Shown piece after piece: positions 54,401 to 64,000 of a DNA stretch of 64,000 nt (position 1 is its first letter; every line of letters begins with the position of its first letter). The stretch lies in the NCBI GenBank assembly GCA_030141605.1, contig JAQGDQ010000389.1:1-64000 (forward strand), given 5' to 3'. Made by a program: the position numbers and the translations under genes. Under the pieces are notes generated by a model, which was given only the letters and a program-made list of their open reading frames with translations, did no database searches and was not told where the DNA came from. The DNA is from Tubiluchus corallicola. Taxonomy: Eukaryota > Animalia > Priapulida.

Positions 54401-56211
54401 TCCAGATAGAGGGCCGCAGTGAGCCTATCGATCCATTAATTAAGAAAAAAGTGTATGAACTGCTAGCCAGTGGTGTGTAATCATGTTCATTTGGTACTTG
54501 TTTTCAGATAGAAGGCCGCAGGGAGCCTGTCGATCCATTAATTAAGGAAAAAGTGCTAGAACTGCTAGCCAGTGGTGTGTAATCATGTTCATTTGGTACT
54601 TGTTTCCAGATAGAGGGCCGCAGGGAGCCTGTCGATCCATTAATTAAGGAAAAAGTGCTAGAACTGCTAGCCAGTGGTGTGTAATCATGTTCATTTGGTA
54701 CTTGTTTCCAGATAGAGGGCCACAGTGAGCCTATCGATCCATTAATTAAGGAAAAAGTGCTAGAACTGCTAGCCAGTGGTGTGTAATCATGTTCATTTGG
54801 TACTTGTTTCCAGATAGAGGGCCGCAGTGAGCCTATGGATCCATTAGTTAAGGAAAAAGTGCTAGAACTGCTAGCCAGTGGTGTGTAATCATGTTCATTT
54901 GGTACTTGTTTCCAGATAGAGAGCCGCAGTGAGCCTGTCGATCCATTAATTAAGGAAAAAGTGCTAGAACTGCTAGCCAGTGGTGTGTAATCATGTTCAT
55001 TTGGTACTTGTTTCCAGATAGAGGGCCGCAGTGAGCCTATCGATCCATTAATTAAGGAAAAAGTGCTAGAACTGCTAGCCAGTGACGTGTAATCATGTTC
55101 ATTTGGTACTTGTTTCCAGATAGAGGGCCGCAGGGAGCCTGTCGATCCATTAATTAAGGAAAAAGTGCTAGAACTGCTAGCCAGTGGTGTGTAATCATGT
55201 TCGTTTGGTACTTGTTTCCAGATAGAGGGCCACAGTGAGCCTGTCGATCCATTAATTAAGGAAAAAGTGCTAGAACTGCTAACCAGTGGTGTGTAATCAT
55301 GTTCATTTGGTACTTGTTTCCAGATAGAGGGCCACAGTGAGCCTGTCGATCCATTAATTAAGGAAAAAGTGCTAGAACTGCTAACCAGTGGTGTGTAATC
55401 ATGTTCATTTGGTACTTGTTTCCAGATAGAGGGCCGCAGTGAGCCTGTCGATCCATTAATTAAGGAAAAAGTGCTAGAACTGCTAACCAGTGGTGTGTAA
55501 TCATGTTCATTTGGTACTTGTTTCCAGATAGAGGGCCACAGTGAGCCTGTCGATCCATTAATTAAGGAAAAAGTGTTAGAACTGCTAACCAGTGGTGTGT
55601 AATCATGTTCATTTGGTACTTGTTTCCAGATAGAGGGCCGCAGTGAGCCTATGGATCCATTAATTAAGGAAAAAGTGCTAGAACTGCTAGCCAGTGGTGT
55701 GTAATCATGTTCATTTGGTACTTGTTTCCAGGTAGAGGGCCTCAGTGAGCCTGTGGATCCATTAATTAAGGAAAAAGTGCTAGAACTGCTAGCCAGTGGT
55801 GTGTAATCATGTTCATTTGGTACTTGTTTCCAGATAGAGGGCCGCAGTGAGCCTATCGATCCATTAATTAAGGAAAAAGTGCTAGAACTGCTAGCCAGTG
55901 ACGTGTAATCATGTTCATTTGGTACTTGTTTCCAGATAGAGGGCCACAGTGAGCCTGTCGATCCATTAATTAAGGAAAAAGTGCTAGAACTGCTAGCCAG
56001 TGGTGTGTAATCATGTTCATTTGGTACTTGTTTCCAGATAGAGGGCCGCAGGGAGCCTATTGATCCATTAATTAATGAAAAAGTGTGTGAACTGCTAGCC
56101 AGTGGTGTGTAATCATGTTCATTTGGTACTTGTTTTCAGATAGAGGGCCACAGTGAGCCTATTGATCCATTAATTAATGAAAAAGTGTGTGAACTGCTAG
56201 CCAGTGGTGTG
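51410..56211 (+). repeat. 102-bp tandem array, 47 copies; unit = 30-nt intron end (TAATCATG...TTTCCAG) + 72-nt start of exon 5
   Basis: First exon-like base 51445, last 56140; distance 4695 = 46 x 102 + 3 (insertions of +1 near 52960 and +2 near 53000). Confidence 0.95.
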
Positions 56212-56303
56212 ACAAACAGGAGGAACTTAGAAGCATGTGTTAAAGAATATGTGATTAACACGTTATTCTGTGGACGAGATCCACCAGAACAAAGTAGGCG
56301 AAG
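56140..56303 (+). CDS. CaRF-like gene exon 5 (IEGHSEPIDPLINEKVCELLASGVTNRRNLEACVKEYVINTLFCGRDPPEQSRR); its first 72 nt are the last unit of the 102-bp array
   Basis: ttttcAG acceptor in phase 0, AG|GTAGGT donor in phase 2; matches the CaRF segment PxxxxKIxELxxxGx...VxxxLF. Confidence 0.8.
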
Positions 56304-57542
56304 GTAGGTTAGTTCACCAGTCAGTATTCAGTCATTAAACTGAAAATTGTTTATCACCTTCAAAACCGCACCATTCAAAATAGGTCTTATTAGACCTTTG
56401 ACTTTTCTGCTTCTGTATGTGCACAGAGACATGCCTAGGTGATTACAAATTAGGTACTGGTTTATTTAGCAGAACCTGGCTATCACGCTATTTGTTTAAA
56501 CATTTATAAGCGATTTGATTGGATGAAATTAAGAAAAAGACGACCTTTTCTGGCAATCCAGCTTAACCTATTGAGTACCTTAGTCTGGTGTACACTTACG
56601 TGATCGTACACACTATTTTATTGATTGCCTTTTTGCTAATGCCCAATAGAACTGTCTGCTGTACAGAGCGCCAGAAAAAACAGCCGATCAGTCAAGGACA
56701 AATTAAGGTAGCTTCATCTTTTAACAGGAATTTCTCTCTAAAAATAGAGCAGACTTGAGGCCAACGTGTGTCAGTGTTGTGTCTGGATGGTTGAAATTTT
56801 CTAGCATTAGCTGCTTTCACACAAGTGATACTGTACATTATTACTGTGCAAAACTGCTGTTACTGAAAGCTTCAATTTTTTCGTCAGAAATTGATTTTTA
56901 ATTCTAAGGTAATCTAAGGTAATCATATGTGTTTTATATCTAATTTTGCATAAAAGCCCACTGTGTGAAGTCTATAAAAATTATCAAATAGAATGTAATC
57001 ATTTCTTATTGAGAGCTGTTTTTCATAAAACCATGTACCAAACACTTACAAGTCTGAAGGAGTTAAATCACCAATGAGACTAAAAAGGATAAAATAAAGA
57101 ATGAAGATTTTGTATTTACTTCATGGTGCACATCTTGTTACCTAAGAAACCAACCTGTAAAATTTCAGCTTTGTAACTTTAGCATTCGAGCTAAACACTG
57201 GTCATTCGAGCTAAACACTGGTCATTTGAGCTAAAAACTGGTCACACAGATGCACTCATATGCATCTATGCATGAACAAACACACAAATGAACACAAGCA
57301 TGCATGCACACACAAACCCATGCATGTACATGCACACAGACAGACACACACACACACACCCTCACACACATGTACACGCACTCACACACACGCACGTACA
57401 CACACACTCACCCACCCTCACACACATGTACATGCACTCTCACACACACTCACACAGCCTGTTTCCTTTATTAATCAATGGTATAGATGGCATATTATGT
57501 CAAAGCACTATATTTACTTAGTAAAATTGTTTATATTTGTAG

Positions 57543-58026
57543 GTACTTTCCACGTGCAAAGGACTTTTCTAATTTAATTACAAAGTATAAACATAGACGG
57601 CGCTTCTCTAAAATTGATGACCTGATTTCAATCCAGAGGGAGTACCAAGAGATGTCTGATAGTGACGCGATGGAAGATGTGTCTGATGGGACAGTAAACT
57701 GTGCAATTAGTGAATTACCACCGAGGCGTAGCCAGTTTAAAAGCAGCCTGATATGGGCAAGGTCCACTTTGAAACAGGTAATTGACTTGACTTACAAATT
57801 CAGTAAAGATGCTGACCCAGGTCAGTTTAGAAATTGGACAGCTTTGGTGGACGAATGTCTCGTGGAAGCTACAAAACTGGTGAAGAAACACGATGGTTTG
57901 ACCTTAGAGTCTGAAAGTGCTGGTCCTAGTGCAAGGAAGAAAGCAAGGCTTGACCAGAGCTCACCTGACCCAGTGTCCAAGCGTCCAGCTTCAGGAAGAG
58001 TTGGAGATAGAGCCAAGACGTTATAA
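57543..58026 (+). CDS. CaRF-like gene exon 6 (RYFPRAKDFSNLI...FSKIDD...ARSTLKQVIDLTY...GRVGDRAKTL*)
   Basis: tttgtAG acceptor, phase 2 completes AGG; FPxxxDxxN motif; open to TAA; basic NLS-like RKKAR. Assembled CDS is 1233 nt (410 aa). Confidence 0.75.
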
Positions 58027-58249
58027 AGATTCTACAAGCCTCCTCTTTCCAGGCACAGTAAAGCTACAAATGTTTAGGAAGTCTGAAAGTGCTGGTCTTA
58101 GTGCAAGGAAGAAAGCAAGGCTTGACCACAGCTCACCTGAGCCAGTGTCCAAGCGTCCAGCTTCAGGAACAGTTGGAGATAGAGCCAAGACGTTAGAACG
58201 ATTCTGCAGCCTCCTCGTTCCAAGTGTAGTAAAGCTACAAATGTTTAGG
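57909..58249 (+). repeat. 172-bp tandem duplication of the 3' end of the CaRF-like coding region
   Basis: Copies start at 57909 and 58081. Confidence 0.9.
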
Positions 58250-58440
58250 TGCCATTCCCCGACTCAGTTGCCTAAACTGGGGCCACAAAAATTCCTGATT
58301 GAAATCTTATTTTCAGAAAAATGTTGCGTGTCTTTAGTAATTTTGTTGTTAGTGTTAAAAACACAAATGTTTGTATGTTTCTTCAGACTTTATTTTTACA
58401 AAACAATGACGGGTAACATGGGATTTTTTTCCGTTTGTAA

Positions 58441-58822
58441 CTTGTCAGTGGCTTCTTTGAAAGGCTTGTCACTGGCTTCTTTTAAGGGCTTGTCACTGGC
58501 TTCTTTGAATGGCTTGTCACAGGCTTTGAAAGGCTTGTCACTGGCTTCTTTTAAGGGCTTGTCACTGGCATCTTTGAAAGGCTTGTCACTGGCTTCTTTG
58601 AAAGACTTGTCACTGGCTTCTTTGAAAGGCTTGTCACTGGCTTCTTTGAAAGGCTTGTCACTGGCTTCTTTGAATGGCTTGTCACTGGCTTCTTTGAAAG
58701 ACATGTCACTGGCTTCTTTTAAGGGCTTGTCACTGGCGTCTTTGAAAGGTTTGTCACTGGCTTCTTTGAATGGCTTGTCACTGGCTTCTTTGAATGGCTT
58801 GTCACTGGCTTCTTTGAAAGAC
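58441..58822. repeat. 24-bp tandem repeat, ~16 copies
   Basis: CTTGTCACTGGCTTCTTTGAAAGG; open in both directions (SLASLKGL / FKEASDKP). Confidence 0.95.
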
Positions 58823-60228
58823 TAGAATCTGGCTCCTAGATCAGTTGTCCACCTTATCAAGTGGCACCTTCCCCTCTGTCGCGCAGGTTACAAACACAGA
58901 AGTATTATTAGGTGACATCATCCAATTTTCCTAGTGAAACCATTGTAACATAGATGCAGTACACCATGGTAACTGCGGTCATCTCATTTGGTGGAGCATG
59001 AGCAGCTGAGGAGCTTATGAAGTTACAATGACGAACAGCCAGTTAAGAGGGACATAATAGAAACCCAATGAGGTTACAAGAAAACAAATTAAACCATCAA
59101 TTAATGATAAAACTGTAGTTATTGCTACGTGTACATTGTTAGTGCTGTATACTCTCTCGTAAGTGTAATATTTTGACGTATTGCATTATTAAGAACATGA
59201 TGTTTTTGTGTGATGTACTTTCTAGTTTGTGATGTTATTATACGTTTAGTTTTGTGTTGAAATGTATATTTTAATGTCGTTATGTTATTGTATGTATTAT
59301 TAATTTTGCTAAGTATAGTATTATGCTACAGAGATTAGGCCTACAGTGTTTTTTACACTCGCATACTCAGGCAATAGTTTATGGCACTTTGCAAGATAGA
59401 AGCACTGAAAGATACTTGCCATACTACTCGTAAATAATTGCTATTATTGTTAATTTATTTTGTTAATTCTATGCACGAAATCAACTCAAATATGGAAGAA
59501 AACTTTTCTTCAATAAATGTGATGTTTTAAAATTTGTAGAGCTATAAATGTTTGTGGTGTACTAGTGCATTGTGTTTTGTGCTGTGTATTGACCCTCACT
59601 AAGATTCACCAAAAATGTAAGTTCAGCGTTGCTCTCTGATAAAAGTTTGTTTTAACAACAATCTTTAACTTGATGAAAAACGAGTTGCACTAAAAAGAAC
59701 AATGATTTTTGTTGTTCTTAAAAAACCTTGTCGAAAAATGATAAAAAATTAACCTATAATTTTTTTATTTTAAGACATAATGCTAAATTCTTTATATCAC
59801 ATCATGCACAATCAACTCATGGACAATAATACCACTAAATTTTACATTGAATTAAACTTTAAATTTTAATAAGAAAATCAAACTCATGAAATTTAATTTA
59901 ACAAAAAAAAGAAAACTAGCATCAATAAATCTGTCAGATATATTTATATATGAATATTTATAGATGCCAAGTGCATTATCTTTAACACTATTTTACAAAG
60001 CACAAAATCTTATAGAATGTTTGATAAGCATGTAATGAAAATGATTTTTCCCTATTAATCGTACTTGAGAAAAAAGTATCATTGTTCATACAAAACTTAC
60101 AAAATTTACTTTATAAGAACTGCTTAACAAAGCCTAAGATGTTGTACCAGCCAATGGCAGGGTAGATAAGTCTAACCCTGCTGAACCCATTTAAAAATTT
60201 TGTTTGAGATTAAATACTGGGAAAAATC

Positions 60229-60371
60229 TTAGCTAACTATGTAGCCATTGAATGTGCTGGCATAACTACCTGTATAAATGGAGGCACCAGTGTAGTATGT
60301 GACATAAACTTCATCTGTTGTTTCGAGATGAAGAATAACAGCCTTTGTTATGTCAAGCCAGAGATCACCAC
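60229..60371 (-). CDS. C1q-domain-containing protein, last exon (GGDLWLDITKAVILHLETTDEVYV...STFNGYIVS*)
   Basis: gC1q C-terminal pattern VILxLxxxDxVxV...STFxGxxx; ttgcAG acceptor in phase 1; TAA stop. Confidence 0.85.
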
Positions 60372-63300
60372 CTGCAACAAAATAAAATTATTTTTAAGTA
60401 CAACTTGTGTAAGAGCGAATACTAGTCACAAGGATGCATCAGTTTATCTTAATGTCAGGATTATTGTTAACATCACAAGCCGAGAATTTAAAAAATTTAG
60501 ATACCAAACTTGAAAAATAGGAAATACTAAAAAGTTATATGCAGGATGGATTTGAACTAGACCTAGCTGGTTAACTAAATTAGCACTTAAAAGTTAAAGC
60601 ACTCAAACTAGACAGATTTATTTTAACTAATTTGAATATTTTTGGTTTAATTTGGTTAATTATTGTTGTATTTCGTTAAACCAAGTTTTTCAACCTGCAG
60701 TATTAAATATTAATGTTTTGTATATTGTAATGCAGACAGAATGATGATGAGTGGCTGTCATGCCATAGTTGTGACATAGTGACTGTTTTCTAATTTTGAT
60801 TGCCTCAATTTTGCAGGCTATGTAAAAACTTTGGAGGACCAACTCAATGACGTACATCATTTTAAGAGGCCTTTACGTAACATGCAGATGCAGTTGCATT
60901 TTGGTGGAAGTGGAACAGACAAAATCGGTTTATATTATTTCCAAAGCATCATTTATGGAGCCTGCGGACCTACTATTATTTTTCTCCAGCGATTCCCTAT
61001 TACTTTTTTCCACAGTTCTGCAAGTAGAAAATGCATCAACATATGCATCCGATTTCTTAGAATGCCAAGTTAGACGAGACCCCTGAACTCGAACCCAGGA
61101 ATAAAATGGCACAAGACTTTGTTGAAAAGACAGAATTACAGTCTCTTAACATCAATAGATGGTGAAGCTGAGGTGCAATTGGACACCTTTGGTTATTCTC
61201 CTCCACCTTACAGACCACATCGTACTTGACATGACAGAGATGAGGAAACAACATGGAGTTTCTTTCCTGCCATCCCTCTGCCCGATGCATCATTACTGGT
61301 CTGCATAAAGAATTATTACGACACAGGCATTTCGTCATTAAATTTTGCTAAATGTGTTAATTTGTGACCAACTTCACACGTTTGACACCTCATGCGTGAG
61401 CACAGTGGCAAATTTAAAATTCGAGTTTTTATCTAAAACTTGCTTAAGTTTTAGTACAACACACTAAGTATTTTACAGAAGGATTGTACTTGAATTTTCG
61501 TTATGTCCCCAGAGTAATCAACAAGGCAAATGATATTTGATTGGCTGCTAGGTAGTCTTTCCCAAAGTTCCCCTCTTGCCCAAAAACGGCTAAAATAAAT
61601 TGGTCCTGCTAGAGTTGACTCGAAAATGAGGGAACCAAATACAAATTTGCTAAAGTCTCTGCCATCTCCTGTCTGGGCTGACCAATTTGAGAGAAATCAG
61701 CAGACAATGTAACCTGAGCAATCATTTACCTGCATTCACCTACCTGGTATTTCAACCAATGACAACCCCAATGAATCATTTTTCCTCTCAACAGTCAACT
61801 TACCGAGCTCTGTCCACTTTTCAAATGTAAATTTTGGGCATGGCTTCTTATTTCAGTAAACTTTCTACTTGTAATTTAGCTTACACCTGTAAAATGCACC
61901 CACTATTTTATTGCATTAGGAATTCTGAGTATAAATTTTTTCAGAAACATAACGAGAAGTTTCAGTGAAGAAACCTGTTTTTGGCAACCTGACTTGTGGC
62001 AGACATTTTATCCTCTGCTGAACGATAGTCTTACACAGTTGGAAATTGAAACTTGCATGCTGGCAAACATTCCACTGAAGTCTCACCATTTAGTTGTAGC
62101 ACTGGAATCGTTAGCTGTTGCCTAAGGCTGAACAATTAAGCCTACAGATGGGACTGGTTGCAGCCCGTATTTTTCTGTATTAACTTAAAATGCTCTTGCC
62201 CCATAAATAAATAAATAAATCTCTCTTTACAGCACTTTAGGTTTGCAAAATCGTAATTAAAGGTACAGCAATAAAACCTGCCAATAAAGTAAAACTTAAA
62301 GGAATCAATATTTCATCTAAAGTCAACCGACGAAAAGAAAATCTTTAACTCTACTAAATAATTTTGTAGCCTCGTGCACAGACTAATGATATTTAAAATT
62401 ATGCAACAAAAACTGTTATCTTCCTTTTGCGCTGCATTTGAAAATCTTGTTGTCACGTTGTGGAAGACATTATTCAACTTTCCTTTATTGTGTTAACTCC
62501 ATTCAAAGTGGGAGGATTGATTTTAAAGGGAGGGGGGCGGAGCTTTTGCCCTATTATGTGTTTAAACTTTCATTCACTAAAGGACACAGAACATGTTACG
62601 TGAATGTTATTTTAAAGACTCTTCAAAATAAAAACATCTATAAATCGAAATTCAATCATCTTACCTGAACGAAATTCACAAATCCTACCTTGTGATTGAC
62701 TAAAATTTAAATACTCACCTATTTCACCTGTGCAAAATCTATAAAAACAAGTGCCGCATTCTTATTCCTTGAGTTCAGGGGTTACTGGTATTAGTTTGAG
62801 CACCAAACAGGACAAGCCTGATCCCTTCATGATCCTGTCTCCTAACTGTTTGTGTGCCAATGTGAGGTAACCCCTCAAGGGTTGATTCCCTTTTTATGTT
62901 TTGTGTCTAGCCAGCTAGTTGTTCATTCCAATTACGAAAATTCTTTCTTACATTAACATATTAATTTTACAAAATCACTAAATTAGTCAAGATTATGGGC
63001 TTATGCCACTCAATGAATGCTAATTAATGTCTCCCAGGCATTTGGTTCACTGATCTCGTTTCAGGATGAGGTACTCAAACCATGGCGTCTCACCCACCCA
63101 TAGCTCTGGTTCAAACCATCCAGGAGCTATTACAACTACCCTGGTGGCTAGTATCGACAACAGAACAGTATTTATAGCTATTTTATGTGTTTCACTTATG
63201 CATTTTTGATTAAGTATAACAATACTTCTTTTACAAATTATCATTACCAAACGAATTAAAATGAAGAAAACATAATTATGTTAATGAATAATTAAACTAG

Positions 63301-63538
63301 AATTGCAAATAAGGTGAGTGAGCTTTAAACAATCAATAAGTATTTAACAAATGGGATTGACAGTCACCAACTTGTGAATGAATGAACAAATGAACGAATG
63401 AAATTTAATGAATATGACATTATTATAGAAAATTAAGTTATGTAAAAAATTGTTTACTTAAAACTCTTGAGTAATGAATTTGTTAGCATAGATGTAGACA
63501 CGGTGCCTCATTGCAAATAGTTTACTAAACAAGCTTAC

Positions 63539-63667
63539 CTGCATGATAGGGATATGCAACATTATTTCCATTACGTTTAAGAACGGCCACAGTACCTGCT
63601 GAGCTTCTCTTCGCCAGTAAATTCAGTTCAAAGTAGTAAGTGCCTGATATAGGCGCCGTGAATTTTC
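63539..63667 (-). CDS. C1q-domain-containing protein, penultimate exon (GKFTAPISGTYYFELNLL...LKRNGNNVAYPYHA)
   Basis: gC1q signature GxFTAPxxGxYYF and LxxNG; tttacAG acceptor, G|GTAAGC donor, 129 nt, phase 1 to 1; 5' part lies outside the window. Confidence 0.85.
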
Positions 63668-64000
63668 CTGTAAAGTAAAAAACCAAATTAATGTTTATGT
63701 CTTTATCTAATGTATAAATTTAATAAAAAGTATCCAAAAGTTAGCCCAAAGCTGCACATATGTGATCTTTATTCTTTTGTTGTGTAACGTAACGTAAAAT
63801 TTATTCATACTATGTAGTATGGTACATAAAATCTTAGCGCTAAAGAAAAAATGCATTTAAGAATCAAAATATTGAACTGCTGTCTATTTGCAACAGAGGC
63901 AGGGAGGATGATACTGCAGCCCTAACAGAGTTGCTTTGCAGGTTTATGCTTAAGCTAACAAATGTTTAAGCTGAAACAAAATTATTGATTCATATAATTG

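Noticed and set aside
51410-56211. Dscam-like mutually exclusive exon cluster or 33-nt micro-introns
   Set aside because: The best donor-like site in each unit (GTG|GTGTGT) gives a 67-nt, out-of-phase exon; the in-frame option (GGT|GTGTAA) is a poor donor with an implausibly short intron
57917-58825. 302-aa ORF as an independent gene
   Set aside because: Patchwork of an off-frame duplicate, intron-like sequence and a 24-bp repeat
58800-59060. ULP1-type protease remnant (SL...WLLDQ) downstream of the CaRF-like gene
   Set aside because: Needs frameshifts, and no catalytic His/Cys motifs are recognisable

Overview
AT-rich, intron-rich animal (invertebrate; the 5S-derived sequence looks lophotrochozoan-like) genomic DNA, not prokaryotic. 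Nearly all ORF-track entries are shadow ORFs of repeats or partial exons. Three spliced genes can be rebuilt by hand from GT-AG boundaries with consistent phases. (1) Minus strand: the 5' half of a COPII Sec24A/B-type gene (ATG at 37965; Pro-rich N-terminus, Zn finger and start of the trunk; continues past position 1), with two symmetric cassette-like exons and a motif-rich putative promoter near 42.2-42.3 kb. (2) Plus strand, 45194-58026: a six-exon, ~410-aa gene with a CaRF (ALS2CR8)-type DNA-binding domain; it looks like an internally deleted Mutator-type transposase. (3) Minus strand: the last two exons of a C1q-domain gene. The most unusual structure lies inside gene 2. The 3' splice site plus the first 72 nt of exon 5 is tandemly amplified as a 102-bp unit, giving 47 in-phase acceptors. 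Only the last copy continues into the real exon; the others end in an in-frame TAA. Introns also hold two 5S-rRNA-headed SINEs with target-site duplications, several MITE families (one nested set) and about 20 minisatellites. Family assignments rest on remembered motifs; no database search was run.
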